NCBI GenBank assembly: GCA_964016885.1
Contig: OZ024741.1
Coordinates: 167,524,001 to 167,588,000 of the forward strand
Direction: 5' to 3'
DNA length: 64,000 nucleotides
Source of the DNA: Eledone cirrhosa
Lineage: Eukaryota
Shown here: one piece after another, positions 27,701 to 41,945 of the stretch
Numbering within the stretch: the stretch's first letter is position 1
Layout of the letters: each line of letters starts with the position of its first letter
Notes under the pieces: generated by a model
The model's input: the letters and a program-made list of their open reading frames with translations, nothing else
Told to the model about the DNA's origin: nothing
Database searches by the model: none
Made by a program: the position numbers and the translations under genes

Positions 27701-30700
27701 GGAAAACCAAGCAAGAAATATCTAATCTTTTCCAAACTGCCTCTTTTATGAAGCAAAATCACTTGTTTTAAGGGTTCCAAGTTAATGTGACATAAGCACC
27801 TTTTAAGTTATGTTACAAATACCATATTAATAATGAAATAATTAATAATTTTAGTGAATTTCTAAAATTATTCATTAATTAATTTAAATACAGTGTATCT
27901 CATTAGAAATATGGCCATGAATAAGTTAACAAAGAAATTTAAAATGTTAAAAGGTAATGATGCATGGGAAGTAATTTAGTGAATTATAAAAGTATTATAT
28001 AGTATTATACATAGAATTGTATTAACCCTTTCATAACCATATAAGTAAATAATAATTTATTCTAATGGAGAAATAGTGTGTGGGTGTGAGTAAATTTCAA
28101 AATATCTATAACATTCATTTTATTAAGTTTTAGATATATACATAAATAACATTACAAATTGCTCACAATACTTTTAGAATGAAAATATAAACACATATAA
28201 CAAATACAATTAACTATTGCTAGGAACCTCCATAATTCAACACACCAAAATATATGACCAGAGTGAGAGACAGAAAAAAAGGGGGGGGGGGGGAGTAAAT
28301 AAAAACAAAAACTACCATCAATTCACCACTACTTGTGACAATCGGCCGCACATCACAAGGGAAATAAATTGTATTTAAATTGATGAAGAATTTGGAAGGA
28401 TTCACTAAAATCATTATCAAATTATGTCGATTTAAAGAGGAACCATTTAAAATGTTTTGCTTCATAGAACCAGAGGTGGGTTTGGGCAAGTTGGTATCAA
28501 AAGAGTTGAATAATTACTTAGGCATTAAATAGGAAAGGTGCTGTTTGAAAAGTAATTGTTCACTATTTTATAAAAAATGACAATATAATTTTATTATATA
28601 TCATCATCATCACCATAATCGTTTTAATGTCCACTTTCCCTGCTAGCAAGGAAAGTGGAAGGGTCCATAGAAGTGGAAGGGTCCATAGAAGTGGAAGGGT
28701 CCATAGAAGTGGTTGATAGCTTCTGCTATCTAGGTGACTTAATTAGCAACTGAGGAGTGTGTTCTGAGAGCATAATAGCTAGAATAAACGCAGGATGGAA
28801 AAAGTTTAGAGAGCTACTCCCACTATTGACTACAAAAGGTTTCGCCTTACATACAAAGGGATGACTGTATGGTACCTGATATGCTTCATTTTAGCAAAAC
28901 ATGGACTGTGACTGTGTAGATTGGAGAGAAATGAAGCAACTATGCTTTGTTAGATGTGCAATGTAAATGCGAGAGAAAGGCAGAGCTTGGGCAAGCTAAG
29001 AGAGAAGCTGTGTTTTAGAGGATTCCGAGATGTTGTGCAGGAGAGAAGACTGTGTTGGTGCGGATATGTGATGCACATGGATAAGGATCAATGGGTGAAG
29101 AAATGCCAGGAAATACCAGTGGAAGGAAGCTGCAGTAGAGGTAAACCAAGAAAGCTTGAGCAGAGGTGGTGAGAGCTGACCTCAAATTGCTGAGACTCAC
29201 AAAGGAGTTGATGAAGGAATGCGATGAGTGGCGAGATGCTGAGAAAGACCTGTTCAACTCATGCAAGCATGAAAAAACAGATTATATATATATCATCTTC
29301 ATCATCATCATCACCGTTTTACGTCCGTTCTTCCACACTAGCATGGGTTAGACGGGTTGTCCTGTTGTGGGCAGTGTCTGGTCGGCTGACCATGCCTTAC
29401 TCATACAGGAACTGATTTGGCTTGATTTCTACAGCTGGATGCCCTTCCTAACACCAACCTCATTTACAGTGAGTGCTGGGTGCTTTTTCGTGGCGCCTAC
29501 ACGTCCACTTTACAGTGTGGGCTGGGTGCTGTTTTGCCATGGCACCTCCACGACCACCTTGCGGTGGGGGGTGTGAGGGCATATTGTCTATATGCTTCAG
29601 CTTGTACCCATGGGAGGTCGGGTACTCTGTATTACTGCGTGACGCCAGAAGTCACAGTCGTGTGTCATTGTCTTTGAGAGGTGTAATTGGGTAAGGTCAG
29701 CTTTTATCAGCTCCTCCCAGGTCATCTTGGGTCTCACCACTCCGCGGTTTCCATCAACTTCTAGTGCTCTGCACCTTTTTATGCAGTTGTCATCCTTCAT
29801 ACGCATCACATGTGAATCCTACATTCTTAATTAAGCTTCCTGAGATCCCGCTACATCTCTTGTGTACTCATTGTTTGCATTTGGGGCAGAGAATGGAGTT
29901 CCTACCTACACCTTTCCTACATACTGAGCAAGGCCATTTCCCTGAGGGGATCTGGGTTCTATTTTCTCGTCTACTTACAAGGACCTTAGTCTTTGTCATG
30001 TTGACTTTGAGACCCTTTCTTTCTAGTCCCTGCTTCCAAGTTTGGAATTTCTTCTCTAGTTCTACCATAAATTCAGCTATGAGTGCGAGGTCATCAGCAT
30101 ACAGGAGTTCCCATGGGCATCCGGTCTTAAACTCCTCCGTTATTGCCTGCAGGACTATGATGAACAGGAGAGGGCTAAGAACAGAGCCCTGGTGGACCCC
30201 AACCTGTACGCTAAATTCCTCGCTATACTCATTGTTAATCCTAACTTTGCTGACTGCTCCCCTATACATGGCTTGTACCGCTTTCACAAGCCATTCATCT
30301 ACTCCTAGTTTTCTAAGAGCCCACCAGATTACAGAACGTGGAACTCCAAAGGCTTTCTCAAGGTCGACAAATGCCAAGTAGAGTGGCTTACTTTTAGCTA
30401 GGTACTTTTCATGTAATTGCCTCACAAGGAAGAGGGCATCAGTGGTGCCTCTCCCTGGTACAAACCCAAATTGCATCTCGTCTATTTTCACCCGGTCCCT
30501 AATCAGCTGTGCTATAACTCTTTATGTTACTTTCATGACCTGGTCCATCAACTTTATACCTCTATAGTTTCCTCTATCTAGTGCATCGCCTTTACCTTTG
30601 TAGCAATTGACAATGATGCTACTGCACCAATCTTTTGGTATGGCACCTTCTAGTATTACCTGGTTAATGATATGTGTGGTTATAGTGTGACCTACAGACC

Positions 30701-33700
30701 CAGATGCCTTCAGCATCTCGGCAGCTATACCCGATGGACCGGTTGCCTTCCCCATCTTCATATCTTTGATTGCCTTACTTACTACGCTGCTGACTTGTAC
30801 TGCTGGTCCCTCTATAGGGTCTACTTGGGGTAGGGTCTCTTCTTCCCATGCATTCTCCTCATTTAGTAATCTATTATAATGACTCTTCCATGTATCTTTC
30901 TTCTCAGCACTTGTGAGGGCAAGCTCACCTTTATCATTCCGGATACACTTCTCTCCAATGACATCACAACTATCTCTGACACACTGCCTCGCAATCTTGA
31001 ATATATATCATCATCATCATCATCATCAACGTTTAACGTCCGTGTTCCATGCTTGCATGGGTTTGGACGGGGGTTTTCCCACTTGAGGCAAGAGTGATTG
31101 TCTTGCTCGCATAGGACTGTCTGGCAGGTTTTCTACAGTTGGATGCCCTTCCTAACACCAACCACATTTACAGTGTGGGTCTGGGAGGTTTTTACCGTCT
31201 TGCCTACATGGCCACATTACAGCGTGGACTGTCTGGCGGGTTTTCTACAGCTGGATGCCCTTCCTAACACCAACCACATTTACAGTGTGGGTCTGGGAGG
31301 TTTTTACCGTGTTGCCTACACGGCCACATTACAGCGTGGACTGTGTGTTTTTTTGTCATGACACCTACACGATCTCATTTGTTTCGGCCTATATATATTA
31401 AATTAATACCACCGATCTTCTTGAAATTTTTTTCTATATATATATTATTATTATTATTATTATTATTGGATTGTCAGAATGGATAGAGCGTTGGACATCC
31501 TGCTTCGCGGCATAGAGTTACAGCCCTTTACGTTCTGAGTTCTAATCCCACCAAGGTTAACTTTGCCTTTTATCCTTATGGTCGATAAATTAAAGTACCA
31601 GTAATGCACTGGGGTTGATTTAATTGACTTTCCCTTCCCCCAAAATTGTTGTCCTTGTGTCTATAGTAGAAATCATTATTATTATAAATAATTTCTCATG
31701 TTACATAAGATTTCGAAGCCTACTCTACTACTCTAGCATTGGTCATAGATAATCAACATTAGTAAATCAATACCTAATTGGAGTAATTAATTTCTCAGGT
31801 GAGTCAAGGTCTACACGTCACTTACATATGTTGTCAAACTCTAAAGGGTGCACCAGGTGCAGTTTATCATGACACCAGAACTAGGAAGGTTGTCATGTAT
31901 TTGTACTTGAGCTAGTGCTGGACTCAAACTGGTCACAAGTAGTCACCTCCCCAACAAGAGGTGACAACACTTCGGACCTGATCTTCACCACTACTCCTGA
32001 AGTGGTTATCAGTTGTACTACTGAGGAACCTCTAGGCGACTCTGATCATGCTATGATCATTGCCAATCTGGCTCTTGCGGGCAGCAACAAAAACCAGAAC
32101 CATCTCCAATCTGCTTGCTTTGATTGGAAGAAAGCAGATTGGAACTTGTACTGCACTGACCTACAGCGCCCAAACTGTAATGAGTTCTATAACTCTGGAG
32201 ATGTGAACACTATACTCCAGAGCAACCTGGACTCAATATGGATAGTGTGTGCAGCATCGGTGCCACGTAAGCAGAAAAAACCCCACCCCAAAAGTGCAAT
32301 TTGGGAAACTTCAGCGGTCTGACTTGCCAGGAAAGAACATTGGAATGCATAAATCAGATGCCAACAGAAAAAAGCGGAATAAATCTTCCAACCATCTCAA
32401 GCAAGTGACAAAAAAGGCAGTGCTTGAATTTGAACAGTGCATAGCAACCGATCCTGACAGTAAGGTGTTCTGGAAATATGTTCATTCAAAGCAGAGACCT
32501 CATTCTCCAGTTGGTCCTCTTCACAATCCCCACACAAGCCAGATCACTGACGATCCCAAAGAATGCGCAGAACTCATTGCTGAGTGCTATGCAAGCATTT
32601 TTACTGTTGAAAACCAGATTGTACCAACTCCACCATCTCTAACATCAAATTCCATAACAACTATGGAATTTACACCTGCAATGTTGCGACGTCACCTTAA
32701 GAATAAGCGCAACTATGCCTCCCCTGGTCTTGATGGTGTTACATACCTGCTTCTCAAACGTGGCGGGTACTTCCTTTTGCACCAGCTTTCTTTCTTCTTT
32801 CAATACTGTCTCAACAATGGTGCTACTCCGGAGCAGTGGAAAACTGCCAGTGTCATTCCCATGTTCAAAAAGGGCGACCACACGTCACCTGTTAACTATT
32901 GTCCAGTCAGTCTTACTAGCTGTATTGCCAAACTGATGGAATCCTGTGTCAGAGAAACACTTTAGAACTTCTGGAGCTCTCACAGCCTCATCCGGCCCTC
33001 GCAGTTTGGATTTATCCCTAACTCCAGCTGCTGTGATCAACTTATCGAGTTCCTTTAAGACATTACCCGGATCACTGACAGCGGCTCATGGGTGGATGTT
33101 GTTTCCATTGACTTCGCTAAGGCTTTTATTTGTGCCACACTCCGCCATGACTTATGGCGAAACTCTCTGCAATGGGTGTGAGGGATTGTCTTTTTAACTG
33201 GTCGAAGTCCTTCATTCTCAGCCGAAAAGAGGTAGTCACGGTTCTAGTACAGCATTCTTGACCATATGAGAGGTCATCTGGTGTACCACAGGGATCTATT
33301 CTTGGTCCCCTTTTGTTTGTGGCATATATTAATGACAGATGCCAACTTAAAGAATGCCACGGTACTGAAATATGCAGATGACATCAAGCTGTACCTTGAA
33401 AACAAAAGGACAGATCCTGAAATCTATAACTCTTTCCTACAATTAGACCTGGACACAATGCAGCAATGGATCACGGACTGGCAACTGAAGCTGGCTGTGG
33501 ACAAGTGTACCACCATGCAATTTGGGAGGAAAATCCAGCGTCCACATACTCCCTCCACAACACTGATATCAAGAAGTCCTCTTGTGAACGTGACCTGGGC
33601 ATTACTGTCAGCAGCGATTTGCGTTGGACAAAGCACGTCTCTAAGATTGTCAAGAAGGCCGAGGGTGTCTTGGCATCACTCAGCAAGACCTTTGTTAGCC

Positions 33701-36700
33701 GCTCTCCAGCCATCTATTTAAAGCTGTATACAGCTATGGTATGACCACACTTGGAATTCACATCATCAGTCTGGAACCCCTATCTTGCTCAGAACATTAA
33801 CCTCCTGGAAACTGTTCAGAGACGTGCAACCAAGCGCATACCCTCCATCAGACACCTACCATACTCTGAACGCCTTGCTTCCCTGGGCATGGATTCATTG
33901 AAGCTCCGACATCTGGCAATGGACTTGGTAAACACCCACAAAGTTATTAACCATCTCGCCAACAACAACCCTGAGCACCTTTTTGATCTCCATGTGTCTA
34001 ACACACGCGGACATGCCTACAAAATCAGAAAGCAGCACAGCTCCCATGACTTTCGGAAACATTTTTTCACGCTTAGAGTTGCTGAAGCATGGAACAAACT
34101 GCCTGCGTCAGTTGTTAGCTGCCGAGACACTGCATCCTTTAAAACCCTTATGCTTCCCGAAATTCGCCAAAACTACACCTGATGTACCCCTTCCATACAC
34201 ATACACACATGTGTATATCATGACTCATGCACTGTTCATTTTCCTGACGTTTGTACATTACCCTATGTACTATACATACACTTTTTGATGAGTTGTAGTG
34301 CACCTGAGCACTGTATACAATATTTTCATTTTGCTTGTGGTTGGCACTCAGGGAGATTCAGTGTTACCTTAGCTTGTGACAAGGTTGGTCCTTTGTATTA
34401 CAGGTACCACTCATTGTGGACTGGTAGCAATGTAAAATAAAGTGTCTTGCTCAAAGACACAATGTACCACTGGGAATCAAATTCATGATTTTATGACTGT
34501 GAGCCTAATACTGTAACTTCCAGGCCACACATTCTTTATATACATAAACACACACATGCATACTCACACACACACACATGCACACACTGGATACTTTTCT
34601 TGATGCAAATCCTTTTAGTCATATCTTATGACACAAATGGATGCATTCAGGCCTTAGGTAGATGGGCTTGTTTGAAAAGTATATTGCAATCTTCACCCCA
34701 AAACTGGCAATGGACTTGTGACATGTCCTAGGAGGCATGGGATGGAAGCACAAAAGTTACGTATCTTGAGACTCCGGAGAGGGCCTGGAAGAATCAAACA
34801 AACAAAAAAGACATCACATTTGTGAAATTATAACTTTACTAAATACTTTTCAAATTCTTCATTAATCTATATATAAATTTGAGCAACTTCTACCCATCAC
34901 ACAATGTGTGTGTTTGTGTGAATGTATGTGTGTGTAAAAAGGAAGGAAGGGGAAGGTGAAAAAACTATAGCAATACAGTGGCTGGCGTTCCATTTATTAT
35001 GCTGTGTGTGAGTATATGAGAATGTGCCTGTTTGTGTATATGTGTATATATTTGTGAATGTATGTCTGTTAGTGTGTATTTTTGTAAGTGTGTCTGTGTT
35101 TGTGCACTTATATTTATAAACTCATACATATAAATTTATGCATATTTGCATACACATGTATATCATGACTCATACACTGTTCATTTTCCAGACATTTGTA
35201 CATTATTCTATGTACTATACATGTACATTTGATGAGTTGTAGTGCACCTGAGCACTGTACACAATAATTTCATTACTATTTTACATACACACGCACATAT
35301 GCATCAGTGTGTTGAAAAAAATTCTAGTTACTTAAATTACAAAGTATTTCATTGGAAATATGGTAACAAAATGGTAAAAAGTTGTTCCCAAATTGTTGAC
35401 AATTATTTGTTTGTTATTCTCCAGGGCAAGGTTGGATGTGGAGATGTTCTTGATGAACTCTTTGATATAAGTTTGAGAAATGCCAATAAAAGCAAGGTTG
35501 GTAATACATGATTTATTACAATTTTTAAAAGTTTGCTGCAATTTATATGCATATTACACACACATGCACTCACATATATTTATATATGCACACACACACA
35601 AACACACACATATATAATTGTTTCTACTTTAGGCACAAGGCCAGCAATTACCCAGTGCATTACTGGTACTTTATTTTATCGACCCCGTAAAGATGAAAGG
35701 CAAAGTCAACATATATAATGTTTTGTTGATTGGATCAATTGCAACATTCATTCCATACTGTAAACGTGGTTGGTGTTAGGAAGGGCATCCAGCCGTAGAA
35801 ATCCTGCCAGACAGTCCTATATGAGTGAGACATGGTCACCCGACCATTCTTGTCTCAAGTAGGACAACTCCTGTCTAAACCCATGCTAGCGTAGAAGATA
35901 GACGTCAAACGATGATGATGATGATAATGATTGTCATAACTGACGGAGTGCCAGTGATCGCATACACACAGGCACATATGCATACACACATATATATCTA
36001 TATATACATATACATTTGTACATGCATACATACAAGCACATATATGTTCATACATATGCCGTACAAATCATGAGAGCGTAAGAATAACAGATGAAATAGT
36101 AGGGGTGGGAGTATCTACGCACATGCCCACATACAAATTAGGAGGTAAATTGATGATGAGGATTTTTAACGCTTTACATTACTCTACTATTGTATTTTTG
36201 CAGTAAAGGCTTTATCTCACATAATTATCTCACATAATTATCTCACATAATTATCTCACATAATTATCTCACTTAATTATCTCACTTAATTATCTCACTT
36301 AATTATCTCACATAATATCGAATCTACAAAATTTTGATGATGGCATTATTTATTTTGAGAACAATACCTCAACATTGGTATAAGGGGCTGGTTATGGCCG
36401 GTTTGAACAGAAAGAGGTGAAAGAATCCTGGCCGTATATGGCTGGTATAAATGCTAAAGGGTTAAGGGAATTTTTAAAAGGTTTATATAGAGGAGAATAC
36501 ATAAGTAAATGAATAAGTAAGATAATATAAAATTTCAAAAATAAATAAATGAGTAGAAAGATGAATAAGTAAATAATCGGATGGGGGAGGGGGTTACTTG
36601 TAGTGTAGTATGTACAGTAGGTGTACATACTACACACATAAGTACACATATGCATATATGTACATCACATGCATATCATCATCATCATCACTGTTTTACG

Positions 36701-38736
36701 TCCATTCTTCCACTCTAGCATGGGTTAGATGGGTTGTCCTGTTGTTGGCAATGCCAGGTCAGGTGACCATCTCTTGCTCATACGGGAACTGATTTTGGCT
36801 TGATTTTTACTGTTGGATGCCCTTCCTAACACCAACCTCATTTACAGTGAGTGCTGGGTGCTTTTTTGTCGTGACACCTCCACGACCACTTTGCAATGGG
36901 AGGGTGGGTGGGGGCATACTGTCTATATGCTTCAGCTTCAGCTTGTACCCGTGGGAAGTTGGGTCTTCTGTATTACTGTGTAACGCCAGAGGTCTCGGTC
37001 CTGAGAGGTGCAATTGGGCAAGGTTAGCTTTTATCACCTCATCCAAGGTCTTATATGTATATCATCATCATCATCATCAACGTTTAACGTCCGTGTTCCA
37101 CGCTTGCATGGGTTTGGACGGGGGTAGTCCCACTTGAGGCAAGAGTGATTGTCTTGCTCGCATAGGACTGTCTGGCAGGTTTTCTACAGTTGGATGCCCT
37201 TCCTAACACCAACCACATTTACAGTGTGGGTCTGGGAGGTTTTTACCGTGTTGCCTACACGGCCACATTACAGCGTGGACTGTGTGTTTTTTTTGTCGTG
37301 ACACCTACACGATCTCATTTGTTTCGGCCTCGATGGCGCGGCACCAACATAACTTTACATAGAACGGGGTGGTGTGGATCGGGTGGGGGTGGTGGTGGTG
37401 GGACGGGGTGTATTTTGTTAGAGATGCCTACTGGCTGGAGTAGGTTTTACTATATATTTAGGTAAGGCGGGTCTTCTCTGTTACTGAGTACCGCCAAAGG
37501 TCTCGGTCCAGTGACATTGTCTTGGAGAGGTGTAAGTGTGTGATGTCGGAGTTTATCAGCTCGTCCCAGGTTTTTCTAGGTCTGCCTATTCCGTGACTAC
37601 CGTCTATCTTTATTGCCCTGCACTTTGTTATACAGCTATCGACTTTCATGCGCATCACGTGTCCATACCAACGTAGCCTTCTCTCGAGTAAACAACATCT
37701 GATCCCTCTTATCTCTAATTTTTTCCTTAGTTCGTTTATGCTTTGCCGTTCACGTATATTACTGTTACACATCCAGCGGAGCATGCAAGCTTCGTTCCTC
37801 TCTAGTCTGCGTATATCCTCTGCACACAATGCCCAGGTCTCACTGCCATGCAGCATTGCTGTTCGTATGCAGGCATCGTACAACCTGCCTTTCATTTTTA
37901 GTGAGAACCCTTTAGCAGCTAATAGTGGTATAAGCTCTCTGAACTTTTTCCAACCAGTTCTGACTCTAGCTACAGTACTTTCAGAGCACCCTCCCCCACT
38001 GCTGATTTTATCGCCCAGGTAACGGAAGCTGTCCACTATTTCTATAGAACCCTCTGCGCAATTGAAAGAGCTAGTAGTTTGTGGGCACTTGCTGCTACTT
38101 ATTGCACCAGAGCACCGGCCACATGTAAAATCTATGTTCTTAGTTAGCTTACCTGTGATCCCACTACATCTTTTATGCACCCATACTTTGCATTTAGGAC
38201 ATAAAATGGAGTTTCTACCTACGCCTTTCCTACACACCGAGCACGACCATTTCCCAGAAGGGACCGCCGCCTTGTTTTCTTTCCTACAAACTAGTACTTT
38301 GGTCTTAGCCAGGTTAATTTTAAGTCCTTTTGACTCTAGGCCGTGCTTCCATGTTTGGAATTTCTTCTCTAGCTCGGCCATTGATTCCGCTATGAGTGTC
38401 AGGTCGTCTGCGTATAGGAGTTCCCATGGGCAGCCTGTCTTGAACTCCTCTGTTATAGCCTGAAGGGCAATAATAAATAGTAGTGGACTGAGAACAGAGC
38501 CCTGATGGACGCCAACTTTTACGCTAAACTCTTCACTATATTCGTTGTTAATTCTAACCTTGCTGACTGTTTCTTTATACATGGCTTGTATAGCCCTCAC
38601 AAGCCATTCGTCAATGCCTAGTTTTCTAAGAGCCCACCAGATAATGGAGCGGGGGACTCTGTCGAAGGCTTTCTCCAAGTCGACAAAAGCTAAGTAGAGG
38701 GGTTTACCTTTATATATGTATATATGTATATATGTA

Positions 38737-38787
<51 letters not shown>

Positions 38788-41700
38788 TCATATGCATACA
38801 CATAGTCACATATATGTTCATATATATGCCATATAAATTGTCTATACTCTGGACATGCTATATGTGATTCAAATGCATCAGCACACACATATTACATATA
38901 TTCACTATATAGGCTTGCCAAGCATGTATTCGTACACAGCATGCATATAGATTGCATATACATAGATTCATATAATATGAACACACATTATACATTTGTA
39001 CATGCAAATCATATATATATATATATATGCTTATTTGTGTGTTGCATAAACCTGCATACATGACAGATGCAATAGCACTAACTACAGATCCATATGCACA
39101 TGTATATGATGGCTGACCCCTCGTTATCGAGTATGGCCATTGCACAATATAACCTTATTAATAATTATTAATTAATGCTACCATGCAATGCCTGTGCATA
39201 AAGATTTTTTTTAAAGTGAGGAAAGACTGTGCACTGAGCCAATCCCACTCTCTGAGCGACAGTAGCTATAACCCGAAAAGAAGAAAAGATCAACATCATT
39301 GGTAACTACTGAGCCGCAGGTTTTATATCAGAGTTAGCTCAGTTTCCAGAGTTGCCTTCTCTTAGAAGAATGCCCTGACAAAGGCTAGGGATCCTTCACT
39401 CCCAGTGGTTTAACCGCGCGATTGGGTATCCATCCCGATTATTTCTATGTCCCCGACGTACACACATACACAACATATACAGGGCAGACTGAGTGCTCTT
39501 TGCTATATCACCAATCCAACTATCTGTTATGCCACCAACATGACCACTTTACAGGGTGGGTTGGGTGCCTCCTGTCATGTCACCATGTCACCTACGTGAC
39601 CACTTTAGAGTTGACTGGGTGCGTATTTTTCATGTCACCAGTACGATCACCTTATAGGGAGGGCTTGGTGTTCTTTTGTCAGGTTAGCTCACAGGGAAGA
39701 CTAGGTGCTCTTTTGTCATGGCACCAGTATGAACACTTTGCATGGTGGACTAGGGGCTTTTGTTGTGTAACTAGCATGACTACCTTACAGGGTGGACTGA
39801 GAGATTTAGCTATTTCACCAGCATTGTTGGAGAGCAAGTTTATCTTTCCATTCTTGTATACATGGGTTAGTCAAGAGAGGTGCTTCAGATGTGGAAAATG
39901 GGGGTAGGGTGCAGGTTTGTAGGGTGGGGATTTGAGAGGTAGGTTTAGGGTGGGGTACTTAGCTGGTGAAGTGTGGAGTGTTAAGGTTTGGGAGGTATAT
40001 GAACAGGAGAGGGGGATAAATGCTGCATACTAGAGACCACTAGATGTTGCTTCATCCTGTGCATATGTATATATATATTTGCTAAAATATGTGTCAGTTA
40101 ATCACAGACACTATTGTATGCAGGATAGAGCAATCAACGAAGTATACATGTAGGTTTGCGTACTCCAGAGTATAATTATAATAGTGACGTATAAGTCAAC
40201 AGGTTAGAATTTATTTCACTTATCTATATATATAAAACTGTGGTTGTCTGTCTGTCTATCGATTTTTGGCACACATCTCCTCTTAAAATCTCTCACGGAA
40301 TTGCACCGAAATTGCTATACTTGTACATTGAGCCCTAGCGAAGACATCGGAAAAAAAAAAATTTCAAATTGACCCACCCTATGTGACGAAATCGAATATA
40401 ATGTATCGATTTTTGAGCGTAAGTTATCAGTTATTTCCCTTTGTTCTGTTTACATTGAGCGTCTTACGTAAAAAATTACGCTGGCTTTCTCAGCGTTTAA
40501 AATGACATTAACACAATACACGAACAAAATTCATCAGTTCGAACACTAAGCTTCCGTTTTGCTTCATTTCTATTTAAAAGCATTTTAAAACAATATTTTT
40601 ACTTGAAAACAAGTCTATTTAAAGACTACGTAAAACAAGCAAATATTTCGCCGTTAGGCGTGCAGACAGACAGTCGTGCAGAGAGGTGATATACGCGTGC
40701 AGACAGACAGTCGTGCAGAGAGGTGATACAGTCGTGCAGAGAGGTGATATAGGCGTGCAGACAGACAGTCGTGCAGAGAGGTGATATAGGCGTGCAGACA
40801 GACATAACTGATAATTTGGTTACGCTAATGTTTTTCTCTGCGTTGCAGTGTTTACATTTTCGATCTTTGTTAATAAATAACCAGTGCAGTTTCTATCCCC
40901 AGCATCCTCTTTTGTTATAACATTCGGGTTATCGTTATGTTTTCTTAACTTCATAAGGCATATTGTTGGTTGAGGGAATATTAATCAAAAACACCACATG
41001 CGAGTCTGCACAGTAGACACTACAGTTTTTAAGCCAAAAAAGAAACTTAACATTGTAACTTTAACACAGCTACTGAGCGACCCCGAGCAACGCCGGGCTT
41101 TACTGCTAGTTCATTATAAAATCACTGTTATATACATTTTGATAATAACTGTTATGCAACAGACCTAATCAGACAGCTATTAGTTGAACAGAAAAAAGAG
41201 GGAGAAAAAATTAAAATTACTCCCGCTGTTTCAAGTCATTGATATGTCACCAGTGCTTCGAGAAAGCAACACCAATGATCAGCCCAGGACATATCAATGT
41301 ATTGAAACAGCAGGAGTAATTTTTATTTCTTCTGTTGATTTGTACTTCATTATATATATATTCCCACCCTTGCAAGCAGGGAAAAGCGGACATAAAATGA
41401 TGATGATGATGATATATATATAATTATTTTGTTGTATGTATAGTTTGTACCTTCAGTCGGTTATCTTGGTGTCACATTTTATAACTACAGTGTTTGACTC
41501 TGGACTTAATGTTTGTTTTTAACTGTCGATCCATTGAGATGCTCTGTGATTGTTGCAAAACAAATCAAATTCTACATGCTTTACTGCAGCTAAAGTACGA
41601 TTTACAAACATTGGGGTCGATAAAATAAAATACCAGTAATGCACTGGGTAATTGCTGGCCTTGTGCTTAAAGTAGAAACAATTATTTATATATATAATGG

Positions 41701-41914
41701 CGGTGGATTGGCAGTATCGGTAGAGGGTCGGACGCCATGCTTCCCAGCATAGTTACGTCCCTTTACGATCTGAATTCAAATCCCGCCGAGGTTGACTTTG
41801 CCTTTCATCCTTACGGGGTTGATAAAATAAAGTACCAGTAATACACTGGGTAATTGCTGGCCTTGTGCCTAAAGTAGAAACAATTATTTATATATATGTA
41901 TATATGTGTATGTT

Positions 41915-41945
<31 letters not shown>

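Noticed and set aside
37458-38888. 476-aa ORF as a novel fusion or domesticated RT gene
   Set aside because: The N-terminal ~60 aa are flanking DNA and (TA)n read-through into a 5'-truncated RTE; no splice or promoter evidence.
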